The position numbers were made by a program, and so were the translations under genes. Shown here piece after piece: positions 33,486-44,300 of a DNA stretch of 64,000 bases. The stretch's first letter is position 1. Every line of letters starts with the position of its first letter. Under the pieces are notes generated by a model that searched no databases, was not told the DNA's origin, and saw only the letters and a list, made by a program, of their open reading frames with translations. The DNA is taken from the NCBI GenBank assembly GCA_963839465.1, contig CAWIVI010000020.1:31763-95762 (forward strand). Direction: 5' to 3'. The DNA is from an uncultured beta proteobacterium (GTDB taxonomy: Bacteria > Pseudomonadota > Gammaproteobacteria > Burkholderiales > Burkholderiaceae_C).

Positions 33486-34701
33486 ATGAATAACAGCAAC
33501 ATGCCCCGGCGCGCCGCGAGGGTTCTGACCGTCGCCGTCCTTGCCGCCTGGGCCGCCACGGCCGGCGCGCAGTCCAGCCCGCCGTGGTACGTCGCGCCGC
33601 AGCTGTCGGTCACGAAAGACTCCAACGTCTTCCGCGCGAACACGGGCGAAGTCACCGACACCATCTCGTCCGTCGGCCTTCTCGGCGGCGTCAACATTCC
33701 CTTCGGCCGCCAGGCCTTCCTCGCCGACGTGCTGGTGCGCCGCGACGAGTTCCGCGACCAGAACCAGCTCGACAACACCGCCTACGCGCCTCGGCGCGCG
33801 TCTCGACTGGGCAACGATCGAGCGGCTGTCGGGGAGCTTCGACGTCTCCTCGCGCCAGGAACTGGCGCGCAACGACGTGCTCGGGACGTCTGGTGACACC
33901 GCTAAAACCACGCAACGGGTCGACAGCGGCATCTTCTCCGCGCGGCTAGGCGCCACGTCGGTACTCGCGATCCAGGGCCGCCTCGGGCACCAGAATGTCG
34001 ATTACGACTCCGACAGCACGCAAGTCAACTACGAGTCGCTCGACTACCGGCAGAATTTCGCCTCGCTCGGGCTCGTCTACCGGCCGAGCGCGCTGCTGAC
34101 GCTGGGCCTCGCCTATCGGGACACCAAGGGCAAGTACCACAACTCGGTGCCGGAGGACGAGTACGACCGCCAGGACATCGACCTCACCGCCACCTGGGTG
34201 CCCACAGGCATCAGCCGCGTCATCGCCCGCCTCAGCGCAACCGATGAAGAGCACGAAGTGCAGACCCAGCGCGACGAGTCCGGCTTGACGGGCGCAGTGC
34301 AGTGGGATTGGCGGCCCACCGGCAAGCTGCGCTTCCTCAGCGACATCTCGCGCGACACGGGCAGCCAGATCGCGTTCTCCCAAGCCGTGCTTCCCACCGG
34401 TGAGCTCCTCACCGCGACCGCACCCGACAGCCGGCTGGTGGCGTCCGTCGGTATCCGCGCCTTCTACGATCTCTCTGCCAAGATTTCGCTGAACGCCGAG
34501 TTGCGCTATACCGATCGCGACTTCGATGTCCAGGACGACGACCGCACCAGCCTCTTCTTGATCGGCGCCCGTTGGGAGCCGACGCGGGCGATCTCGCTCG
34601 GTTGCTCCTTGTCCACGCAATCGCGCAGCTCCACGTCCGTCACCCGCGAGTTCGACGCCAACGTCGTCAGCTGCTTCGGCCGCTTCACGCTCCAGGGCTG
34701 A
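33486..34701 (+). CDS. putative outer-membrane beta-barrel protein, polysaccharide-locus associated; one apparent frameshift near 33790
   Basis: The signal peptide is MNNSNMPRRAARVLTVAVLAAWAATAGA-QS. Alternating amphipathic strands run throughout (LGLVYRPSALLTLGLAYRD, DLTATWVP, GAVQWDWRP, LFLIGARWEP). It resembles EpsL-type proteins as I recall them; this is not verifiable here. Confidence 0.5.
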
Positions 34702-34713
34702 TCGGCGCGCGCC

Positions 34714-35731
34714 ATGCCCACTGTCCTCCTCACCGGCGCCACCGGCTACATCGCCTCGCACACGTGGCTGTCGCTGCTGGGCGCCGGGTTCGCGGTCGTG
34801 GGCATCGACGATTTCTCCAACAGTGCCCCGGAGGTGCTGAACCGGCTGCGCCGCCTCTCGGGCGCCGAGCCGGTGTTCGAGAGGCTCGACGTGCGCGATA
34901 CCGCCGCCGTCGAGCGCGTGCTGGCCGAGCACGCCGTCGACGCGGTCGTGCACTTCGCCGCCTACAAGGCGGTCGGCGAATCGACGGCACGCCCGCTGGA
35001 CTACTACGACAACAACGTCGGCGGCCTCGTCAGCCTGTGCCAGGCGATGCGCCGCCGCGGCTGCCCGCGGCTGGTCTTCAGTTCGAGCGCCACCGTCTAC
35101 GGCGATCCCGAGTCGTTGCCCATCCGCGAAGACGCGCCGCTGTCCGCCGTCAACCCGTATGGCGAGACCAAGCTCGTCGGCGAGGGCCTCGTGCGCGCGA
35201 TGGGCGCCGCCGATCCCGGCTGGCACGCCGCCATCCTGCGCTACTTCAACCCGGTGGGCGCCCATGAAAGCGGGCTCATCGGCGAAGATCCTCGCGGCAC
35301 CCCGAACAACCTGATGCCCTACGTCGCGCAGGTCGCGATCGGCCGCCGGCCGCGGCTGCAGGTGTTCGGCGCCGACTACCCCACGCCGGACGGCACCGGC
35401 GTGCGCGACTACATCCACGTCGTCGACCTCGCCGAAGGCCACGTCGCGGCGCTGCAGTACCTGTTCGAACAGGGGCGCGGCATCACCGTCAACCTCGGCA
35501 CGGGGCGGGGCCACAGCGTGCTCGAGGTGGTGCGCGCCTACGAGACCGCCAGCGGCCGGCCCGTGCCGTACGAGATCGTGGCCCGCCGGCCCGGAGACGT
35601 CGCGGCCTGCTATGCCGATCCGTCGCTGGCCGCCGAGCTGCCTGGGCTGGCGCGCCCGCCGCGACCTCGCCGCGATGTGCGCCGACTCCTGGCGCTGGCA
35701 GACCCTCAATCCGCAGGGGTTCGAGACATGA
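34714..35731 (+). CDS. galE: UDP-glucose 4-epimerase; one apparent frameshift near 35643
   Basis: It shows VLLTGATGYIASH, FSSSATVYG, NPYGETK (YxxxK), RYFNPVGAH and DYIHVVDLA. The C-terminus LGWRARRDLAAMCADSWRWQ is in the alternate frame. Confidence 0.88.
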
Positions 35732-36768
35732 ACGCTGCCTCGCGCCTGGGCTGGATCGATTTCAGCAAGGGCATCTGCATCCTCGGCGTCGTGACGCTCT
35801 ACGCGGCGCAGAAGATGCACGACGAGCTCGGCGTGACCGGCTGGCTGCAGTACTGGGTGGATTTCGCGCGGCCGTTCCGCATGCCCGACTTCTTCCTGCT
35901 GTCGGGCCTCTTCCTCGCCCGCGTGATCGACCGCCCGTGGCGCGGCTACATCGACAAGAAGGTGGTGCACTACCTCTACTTCTTCGTCCTCTGGACATTC
36001 ATCTACTTCCTCGGCAAGGCGGTGGTCGGCCGCGCGGGCGATTCCTTCGCCGAGATGGCGCTCGACCTCGGCCGGATGCTGGTCGAGCCCTTCGCGATGC
36101 TCTGGTTCATCGCGATCCTGCCGGTCTTCTTCGTGCTCACGCGGCTCACGCGCAAGGTGCCCTGGTGGGTGATGCTGCCCGTGGCGGCCGCGCTGCAGAT
36201 CAGCGATTTCCACACCGACGCCTGGCTGATGATCGGCCACTTCTGCAAGCGCTACGTGTTCTTCTACATCGGCTATCGGTTCGCCGCGCTGTTCTTCGAC
36301 GTGGCGCAGCGGGCCGACGACCACCCGCGCCGTGCGCTGGCGGCGCTTGCCGTCTGGGCGGTGTTCCACCAGTGGCTCGTGGGAATCGGCATCGGCGATG
36401 CGCCCGGATGGTCGCTCGTCGTCGGTCTTGTCGGCTGCATGGCGGTCATCGCCGCCGGGGCGCTGCTGCGCCGCGTGTCGTGGATGGACTGGCTGCGCTA
36501 CCTCGGCGAGCACTCCATCGTCACCTACCTCGCCTTCTTCCTGCCCATGGGCGCGCTCATCGTCACGATGAAGCGCAGCGGCCCGTGGTTCGATCCCGGC
36601 ACGACTGCGCTGCTGCTGGCGATCCTCAGCACCGCCGTTGCCGTCCTGCTGCACCACTTCACGGCGCGGACCGGCCTGCGCTTCCTCTTCGAGCGGCCCG
36701 GCTGGGCGATGCTGCCTCAGCGCCGAAAGGCGACCGAGGACACCCGTTCGCGACCGCTGCACTCCTGA
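35728..36768 (+). CDS. acyltransferase family 3 membrane protein (probable polysaccharide O-acyltransferase)
   Basis: It is intact, and its ATG overlaps the galE stop (ATGA). The opening RLGWIDFSKGICILGVV and about 10 predicted TM segments are typical of Acyl_transf_3. Confidence 0.75.
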   Translation: MNAASRLGWIDFSKGICILGVVTLYAAQKMHDELGVTGWLQYWVDFARPFRMPDFFLLSGLFLARVIDRPWRGYIDKKVVHYLYFFVLWTFIYFLGKAVVGRAGDSFAEMALDLGRMLVEPFAMLWFIAILPVFFVLTRLTRKVPWWVMLPVAAALQISDFHTDAWLMIGHFCKRYVFFYIGYRFAALFFDVAQRADDHPRRALAALAVWAVFHQWLVGIGIGDAPGWSLVVGLVGCMAVIAAGALLRRVSWMDWLRYLGEHSIVTYLAFFLPMGALIVTMKRSGPWFDPGTTALLLAILSTAVAVLLHHFTARTGLRFLFERPGWAMLPQRRKATEDTRSRPLHS

Positions 36769-36772
36769 CCCT

Positions 36773-38233
36773 ATGCATCCCATCGTTCCCGTGATCATGG
36801 CCGGCGGCTCCGGCACCCGGCTGTGGCCGCTCTCGCGCGCGCTCTATCCGAAGCAGTTCCTCGCGCTCACCGGGCGCGACACGCTTGTTCCAGCTTGCCG
36901 TGCAGCGCGTGATGGCCCTGGCCGATCACGACATCGAGGCCGCCGCGCCGTGCGTGGTCTGCAACGAGGAGCACCGCTTCCTCGTGGCCGACCAGCTCCA
37001 GGAGATGAACGTCGCCGGCGCATCGGTCGTGCTGGAGCCGGTCGGCCGGAACACGGCGCCCGCCATGACGCTGGCCGCTCTGTCGTCGCAGGCCGCGGGC
37101 GCCGACCCGATCCTCGTCGTCACGCCGGCCGACCAGACCGTCACGGCGCCGCCGGCGTTCATCCGCGCGCTGCGCGACGCCGTCCGGGCGGCTGCCGACG
37201 GCGCCATCGTCGTTCTGGGCGTGGTGCCGCGAGCGCCCGGAAACCGGGCTACGGCTACATCCGCACCGCAGGCGCCGTCGGCAGCGACGGCTCCGCGCCG
37301 GTTGGACACTTCGTCGAGAAACCGGCAGCCGCCACGGCCGCCGAGTACGTCGCCTCGGGCGAGTACTTCTGGAACAGCGGCATGTTCGTCGTGCGCGCGT
37401 CGGTGTGGCTGAAGGCGCTCGAGCGCTTCCGGCCCGACATCGCCGCCGCCACCCGCACCGCCTGGGAGGCCCGCGGCGCCGACCGGCAGTTCCTGCGGCC
37501 CGGCAAGGCCGAGTTCGCGGCCGTGCCGAGCGAGTCCGATCGACTACGCGGTGATGGAAAAGTGCACCGGCAGCCGACAGCGGGTTCCCGGTGCGCATGG
37601 TGCCGCTGTCGGCCGGCTGGTCCGATCTCGGCGCATGGGACGCCGTATGGCAGGTCGGCGAGCGCAACGCCGACGGCAACGCCGCCCACGGCGACGTGCT
37701 GCTCGAGAACGCGCGCAACACCCTCGTGCATGCGTCGAGCCGGCTCGTGGCGGCGGTCGGCGTGGACGACCTCATCATCGTCGAGACGGCCGACGCGGTG
37801 CTCGTCACGCGCCGCTCCGCCAGCCAGGACGTCAAGGCGGTGGTCGCCCGGCTGGCGAAGGACCAGCGCAGCGAAGGCACGCTGCATCGCCGCGTGCACC
37901 GGCCCTGGGGCTGGTACGACGGCATCGACCACGGCGCCCGCTTCCAGGTCAAGCGCATCCTGCGTCAAGCCCGGGGCGTCGCTGAGCCTGCAGATGCATC
38001 ACCACCGCGCCGAGCACTGGGTGGTCGTCTCCGGCACGGCCGAGGTCACCTGCGGCGACAAGAAAGTGCTGCTCACCGAGAACCAGAGCACCTACATCCC
38101 GCTCGGCGAAGTGCATCGGCTCGCGAACCCCGGCAGCATTCCCCTCGAAATCATCGAGGTGCAGTCGGGCAGCTACCTCGGCGAGGACGACATCGTGCGC
38201 TTCGAAGACAGCTACGGCCGGCTGGGCCATTGA
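36773..38233 (+). CDS. manC: mannose-1-phosphate guanylyltransferase / mannose-6-phosphate isomerase (type II PMI-GMP); about five apparent frameshifts
   Basis: It shows IMAGGSGTRLWPLSR, LEPVGRNTAPA, PETGYGYI, YFWNSGMF, IDYAVMEK, WSDLGAW, and the C-terminal cupin RPWGWY...SLSLQMHHHRAEHWVVVSGTAEV. The pieces are spread over four ORF-track frames (shifts near 36885, 37240, 37538, 37575 and 37965). Confidence 0.88.
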   Translation: MHPIVPVIMAGGSGTRLWPLSRALYPKQFLALTGRDTLVPACRAARDGPGRSRHRGRRAVRGLQRGAPLPRGRPAPGDERRRRIGRAGAGRPEHGARHDAGRSVVAGRGRRPDPRRHAGRPDRHGAAGVHPRAARRRPGGCRRRHRRSGRGAASARKPGYGYIRTAGAVGSDGSAPVGHFVEKPAAATAAEYVASGEYFWNSGMFVVRASVWLKALERFRPDIAAATRTAWEARGADRQFLRPGKAEFAAVPSESDRLRGDGKVHRQPTAGSRCAWCRCRPAGPISAHGTPYGRSASATPTATPPTATCCSRTRATPSCMRRAGSWRRSAWTTSSSSRRPTRCSSRAAPPARTSRRWSPGWRRTSAAKARCIAACTGPGAGTTASTTAPASRSSASCVKPGASLSLQMHHHRAEHWVVVSGTAEVTCGDKKVLLTENQSTYIPLGEVHRLANPGSIPLEIIEVQSGSYLGEDDIVRFEDSYGRLGH

Positions 38234-38361
38234 CGGTGGCCCGTTTCCAGCGGCCGCCTGCCCCGAACGCGGGGTATGTGGACTCCCTGCGGTTGGGCCA
38301 GAATTGCGCCGCTAACGTTTCGTTGCCCGCCCGCCGGAGCAGCGTGTCATCGGGGGGTGCA

Positions 38362-39736
38362 TTGTTCAGTTCGTCGTACTACAAGCGGAGTCCGCCCTGG
38401 TTCCAGGAGTGGCTCATCGCGGGCCGCGCCTGGGCCCGCGGCGCCTTGCGTGAAAGCCGCTCCTTCCGGCAGGTGCGGGCCGAAATCGAGAAGAGCCAGT
38501 GGCTCCAGCCCCCCGAGATGGAACGCATGCAGGCCGATCGCATCACGGCCATGGTGCGCCACGCCGCAACCACCGTTCCCTACTATCGCGAGCTGTTTCG
38601 CGAGCTCGGGCTCGACGTCTCGCGCATGGAGTTCCCGCGCGACCTGCACCATCTCCCGTTCCTCACCAAGAACGATGTGCGCAAGGCCGGCATGTCGCTG
38701 GTGGCGCACAACGCGCAGAAGCCGCTGGTGTCGGTGAGCACCAGCGGCACCACCGGCAGCCCGGTGTGGTTCCACCAGGACCTCACCTCCATCACGCGCG
38801 AGAACGCCTTCATCTGGCGCCACCTGAGCTGGGCCGGGCTGAAGCCCGGCGAGCGGCGGGCGTGGATCCGCGGCGAGCCCATCGTGCCGCCCGAGCGCGT
38901 GACGGCGCCCTACTGGCGCCTGAACCGTGCCGACAACATGCTGATGCTGTCGTCGCTCCACCTGTCGGACCGCAACGCACCCGGCTACCTCGAAGCCATG
39001 GCCCGCTTCGATCCCGTCGTGATCCAGGCCTACCCCTCGTCGATCTCCTTCCTTGCCGCCTGGATGGAGAACCGCGGCACGCGTTACCAGGGAAAGTCGC
39101 TGCGCAGCGTGGTCACCTCGTCCGAGATGTTCGACCGCGAGCAGCAGGAGCAGGTGGCGCGCGTGTTCGGCTGCCAGGTGATGGACTGGTACGGCCTGGT
39201 CGAGAGGGTGGCCGCCATCGGCCAGTGCGAGCACGGCCGCTACCACGTGATGACCGATTACTCCTTCGTGGAGTTCGAGCCCACCGAGGAGGAAGGCCTG
39301 TTCGAGCCGGTGGGAACCACCTTCAACAACTTCTCGATGCCGCTGCTGCGCTACCGCTGCGCCGACCTCGTGCGCCTCGCCCCGCCCGACGAGCGCTGCT
39401 CCGTGCGGAAGGCACATGCCGCTCGTCACCGAGATCATCGGCCGCACCGACGACTTCATCAAGCTGCCCGACGGGCGCCGCATGGCGGCCTGCCTGGCGG
39501 GCAACATGTTCCGCGGCGTGACCGGCATCCTCGAGGGACAGATCGAGCAGGACGCGATCGACACCCTCACCATCCGCGTCGTGCCGTCGGCTCATTACAG
39601 TCCTGCTTCTGCCGAGCAGTTGCTGGCAAACGCACGCAAGCGGCTCGGCGGCGCGGTCGCCTGCGAGGTCGTCGTGGTCGATGAAATCAAGCGCCCTGCC
39701 CGGGGCAAGTTCAAGGCCGTCATCTGCAGGATCTGA
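38362..39736 (+). CDS. CapK/PaaK-like adenylate-forming enzyme (phenylacetate-CoA ligase family), paralog 1; one apparent frameshift near 39405
   Basis: It shows the P-loop STSGTTGSP, IQAYPSS, VTSSE, MDWYG, MPLLRYRCADL, IGRTDDFIKLPDG and the C-terminal GKFKAVI. The start is uncertain: TTG at 38362 in gcaTTGttc, where paralog 2 has ATGttc. Confidence 0.75.
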
Positions 39737-39748
39737 GGCACGTTCCGA

Positions 39749-41106
39749 ATGTTCTCGTCCTCGATCTACAAGTCCAGCCCCGTGTGGCTCCAGGAGCTCA
39801 TGGTGAGCACGCGTGCCTACGGTCGCTTGACGATGCGCGAAGGCCAGCGGTTCCGGCGTTTCCTCGCCGAGGCCGAACGCACGCAGTGGCTCGACGCGCC
39901 CGAGCTGCGCCGCTACCAGGAAGGCCACGTGCGCCGCTGCTCGAGTGCGCCGCCTCGCAGGTGCCGCTCTACCAGGAGCTGTACGGCCGGTCACCGTCGC
40001 TCGAAAGCTCTGCGATCGACACGCTGCACTCGCTGCCGGTGATCGACAAGGAAACCCTGCGCAAGGCGGGCTCGCGTGCCATGCGCGAGCGCCCTTCCTG
40101 GCCGCTGTTCGAGGGTGGCACGAGCGGCACCACCGGCCCGCCGCTGCAGCTCAAGCAGGACCTCTCCGCCATCAACCGCGAAAACGCGTTCGTGTTCCGC
40201 CAGTTGCGCTGGGCGGGCTACGAGCCGGGGCAGCCGCGCGCCTGGATCCGCGGCGACATGGTCGTTCCGGCTGACGACACCACGCCGCCGTTCTGGCGCC
40301 GCAACGCAGCCGAGAACATGCTCGTGCTCTCGTCGTACCACCTGTCGGTGACCACGGCGCAGGGCTATCTCGATGCGCTGGCCCGATTCGATCCGCAGAT
40401 CATCCAGGCCTATCCGTCGTCGATCGGCTTCCTGGCGTCCTACCTGCACAGCAAGAATCTCGACTACGGCGGGCGCCGGCTGCGCGGCATCGTCACGTCA
40501 TCCGAAACGGTGGACGACGAGACCCGGCGCCTGGTGAAGCAGCGCTTCGGTTGCGCCATCTTCGACTGGTACGGCCAGTTCGAGCGCGTGGCGGCGATCG
40601 GCACCTGCGAGCACGGCTCGCTGCACGTCATCGAGGACTACAGCTACGTCGAGCTGCTGCCGAACGGCGACGGCGAATGCGAGATCGTCGGCTCCGGCTT
40701 CAACAACCTCGTGATGCCGCTGATCCGGTACCGCACCGGCGATCTGGTCGAGCCCTCGCGCGAAGCCACCGCCTGCCGCTGCGGCCGCAGCTTCCGCACC
40801 GTCAAGCGCGTCATGGGGCGCGACGAAGACGTGATCAAGCTGCCCGACGGCCGCATGATCGGCCGCCTCGACCACATCTTCAAGGGGCTCGACAGCGTCC
40901 TGGACGCGCAGATCCGCCAGGACGAGCCGCGCTCCATCATGATCCTCATCGTCCCCGGCGAAGGCTTCGGCCCGCACACCATCGACTCCATACGCGCCAA
41001 CGCCGCCGAGCGCCTCGGCTCAGGCATCCGCATCGACGTCGAAACCGTGGCCTCGCTGCCGCGCACCAAGAGCGGCAAGTTCCGCCGCGTCATCTGCAAC
41101 GTGTGA
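39749..41106 (+). CDS. CapK/PaaK-like adenylate-forming enzyme (phenylacetate-CoA ligase family), paralog 2; one apparent frameshift near 39935
   Basis: It shows GGTSGTTGPP, IQAYPSS, VTSSE, FDWYG, MPLIRYRTGDL, MGRDEDVIKLPDG and GKFRRVI. By eye, roughly half of aligned positions are identical to paralog 1. Confidence 0.8.
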
Positions 41107-41174
41107 CCGAACCGGCCCGCGGCGCCCGGTCGTTCGGGCAACACCACGCCGCGAGGGCGCTCCTGACCGGAACC

Positions 41175-42261
41175 ATGGCATCCACTCCTTCGAAGCCGCG
41201 CGTCGTCATGATCGGCACGTCGCCCCACAACCGCGGCGGCATCTCCACCGTGGTGCAGAGCTACATCGCCGCCGGCTTCCTCGAGCGCTGGAACGTGCGC
41301 TACCTCACCACGCATACCGAGGGTTCGAAGTTCCGCAAGGCCTGGTTCATGCTGCGCGGGCTGGCCTCGTTCGCCACCGTGCTCGCCCGGCCGCCGTCCT
41401 TCGTGCACATCCACCTCGCCACCCGCGCAAGCTTCTGGCGCAAGCTCGCCTTCATCGCGCTGTCCAGCGCACGCGGGATTCCCATCGTGCTGCACGTGCA
41501 TGGCGGGCACTTCGGGGGCTACTACAACGAGGGCAGCCGGCCTGCGCCGCTCGCTCATCCGCTGGGCGCTGTCCCGGGCGAAGACGCTCATCGCGCTCAC
41601 GCCGAGCTGGGGCCGCATGTTCCTCGACATCGTGCCGGGCGCGACCGTCGTCGTGATTCCGAATCCCGTCGACATCCCGGTACTGGACGGCGTATCGCAG
41701 CGCGAGGACGAAAGCGTGCTCTTCCTCGGCCGCCTCACGCACGAGAAAGGCATCGACGTGCTGCTGGACGCCTTCGAGGACGTCGCCCGGCGCCGCCCTG
41801 CCGCGCGGCTGCTGATCGGCGCCCCGGGCAATCCGCACGCCATCGACGATGAGCTGCGCCGCCGAGGCATCCAGGATCACGTGCGCATGCTGGGCTGGGT
41901 CGACGGCGACGCGAAGGACCGCCTGTTCCGCACCGTGGCCGTCTTCACGCTGCCGTCCCGCGCCGAAGGGTTGCCGGTGGGCATGCTCGAAGCGATGGCG
42001 CATGCGATGCCCGTCGTGGTGAGCCGCATCGGCGGCGTGCCCGATGCGCTGGCCGACGGCGTCGAGGGGCTCATCGTGCCGGTGGGCGACGCCCGCGCGC
42101 TGGCCGATGCCTTGTGCGAGCTGCTGGCCGATCCACAGCGCCAGCGCCTCATGGGAGCCGCAGGACGCGTGCGCGCCATCGCGGAGTTCGACCGGGCGGC
42201 CGTCGTGGCGCGGCTGGACGAGCTCTATGCCGGCTTGGCCGCCACCGCGCCGGCCGCATGA
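41175..42261 (+). CDS. glycosyltransferase family 4 (GT-B); one apparent frameshift near 41535
   Basis: The N-terminus starts MIGTSPHNRGGIST. The C-terminus has FLGRLTHEKGIDVL and the EX7E region PSRAEGLPVGMLEAMAHAMPVV. Confidence 0.8.
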
Positions 42262-44300
42262 TGCGCATGCCCTCCAAGCTCTCCTGGACGCTCAACCGAC
42301 TGCGCTGCATGTCGGCCGGCGAAGTCGCGCATCGCCTGGGCAAGTCGGTCCAGGCCCGCGTCGAATCCATGGGGCTTCGCGCGGCAGGCCGTGCCGCCGC
42401 CTTCGATCCCGGCCAGCCGGCCCGGCTGGCTCGCCGCCCCCGCCGCCGTGCCGGGCACCGAGCGCCTGCTGGCGAGCGCCGACCGCATCGTGGCCGGCCG
42501 GTTCGACGTGCTGGGGCTGCAGGATGTCCTTCTCGGCATGCCGCCGCGCTGGAATCGCGACGCTGCCACCGGCATCGAAGCGCCGCTGGCCTTCGGCAAG
42601 CGCCTGGACTATCGCAACGAGGCCCTGGTCGGCAACATCAAGACGCTCTGGGAGCCGAGCCGCCACCTGGAGCTCGTCACGCTCGCGCAGGCGCACGCGC
42701 TGTCCGGCGACGCCGGCCTATGCGCGCACCGCGCGCACCCTCGTGCAATCGTGGATCGAGCAGTGCCCCTGGCCGCTCGGCGTGCACTGGAGCAGCTCGC
42801 TCGAGCTGGCGATCCGGCTGCTCAACTGGTCCGCCGCCTGGAACCTGCTCGGCGGCTTCTCGTCGCCGCTCTTCGAAGGCGACGACGGGCGCGCGTTTCG
42901 CGACCAGTGGCTGGGCAGCGTCTATCGCCACTGCCGCTTCATCGACGGCCACCTGTCGCGCCACTCGTCGGCCAACAACCACCTGCTCGGCGAGTGGATG
43001 GGCCTGTTCGTCGCGTCGCTCACCTGGCCCTGCTGGCCGGACAGCGCACGCTGGCAGGCGCGCTCGCGAGCAGGGTTCGAAGCCGAGGCGCTGGCGCAGA
43101 ACGCGCCCGACGGCGTGAACCGCGAGCAGGCGCTGTACTACCACCACGAGGTCGCCGACATGATGCTGATCGCAGGCCTCGCGGGCCGCGCGCACGGCGT
43201 CGAATTCTCGCCGGCCTGCTGGCAGCGGCTCGAGGCGATGATGGATTTCGTGCTCGCCGTGCTCGATACCGGCGGCCATGTGCCGGCCATCGGCGATGCC
43301 GACGACGCGCTCATGCTGCGGCTGCATCACGAGACCGACTGGGATCCCTACCGCTCGCTCCTGGCCAGCTGCGCCGTGCTCTTCTCGCGCGGCGACTTCA
43401 AGGCCGCCAGCGCGAGCTTCGACGCCAAGTCGCTGTGGCTGCTCGGCGATGCCGGCGCCCGGGCCTATGCCGCGCTGCCCGCCGCTGCGCCCGTGCCCCG
43501 CCGACGCGTCTTCGAGGAGGGCGGCTACGCGGTGCTCGGCTCGCGATTCGGCACGCCGGGCGAGGTGCGCATCGTCGCCGACGCCGGGCCGCTCGGCTAC
43601 CTGTCGATCGCGGCCCACGGGCACGCCGACGCGCTCGCCTTCACGCTGTCGGCGGCCGGACGCCCCCTGCTCGTCGATCCCGGCACCTATGCCTACCACA
43701 CGGAGCGCGACTGGCGCGACCATTTCCGCGGCACCGCGGCCCACAACACCGTGTGCATCGATGGTGTCGACCAGTCCGAGATCGGCGGGAATTTCATGTG
43801 GTTGCGCAAGGCGCGGGCCACGCTGCACGAGGTGCGCCTCGATCCGTCGGGCGACGTGTGGGACGCATCGCACGACGGCTACGGGCGGCTGCCCGATCCC
43901 GTGCGGCACCGCCGGCGCATCGAGGTCGATCACGACGGCAGGCGCATCGTCGTCACCGACACGCTGCACTGCCTGGGGGAGCACCGCGCACAGGTGTGCT
44001 GGCAGTTCGCCGAAGGGCTCGACGTGGCGATCGAGGGCGACGAGGTGCGCGTGCGCGACGGCGCTGCGACGGCACTCACCATGCACATGCCCGGTGCCGC
44101 CCGTGACATGCCGCCTGCTGCACGGCTCCACCGATCCGAAGGGGGGCTGGGTTTCACCCAGTTTCGGGATCAAGCGCCCCGCCCCCTCGATTCGGTGGGA
44201 AGGCGCGCTGCGCGGCACGACACAATGGCGCACTGAGATCCGGCTGCATGCCACCCCGGCAGCGTGGTCAGCGAGAGCGCAGGAGGAAACGGCATCGTGA
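42258..44300 (+). CDS. heparinase II/III-like family protein, no signal peptide; three apparent frameshifts near 42385, 42715 and 44105
   Basis: It shows RWNRD...IKTLWEPSRHLEL, SSSLELAIRLLNW, SANNHLLGEWMGL, and YYHHEV, then GHAHADALAF and GTAAHNTV, with GGWVSPSFGIKRPAP at the C-terminus. The start overlaps the GT4 stop (ATGA) and the stop overlaps the next GTG (GTGA). Confidence 0.75.

Noticed and set aside
38355-38370. Treating the missing ATG of CapK-like paralog 1 (gcATTGttc versus aATGttc in paralog 2) as evidence of a non-functional gene or a programmed event.
   Set aside because: Given the indel noise, a single inserted T converting ATG to ATTG is as likely as a genuine TTG start. Either way the downstream frame is preserved.
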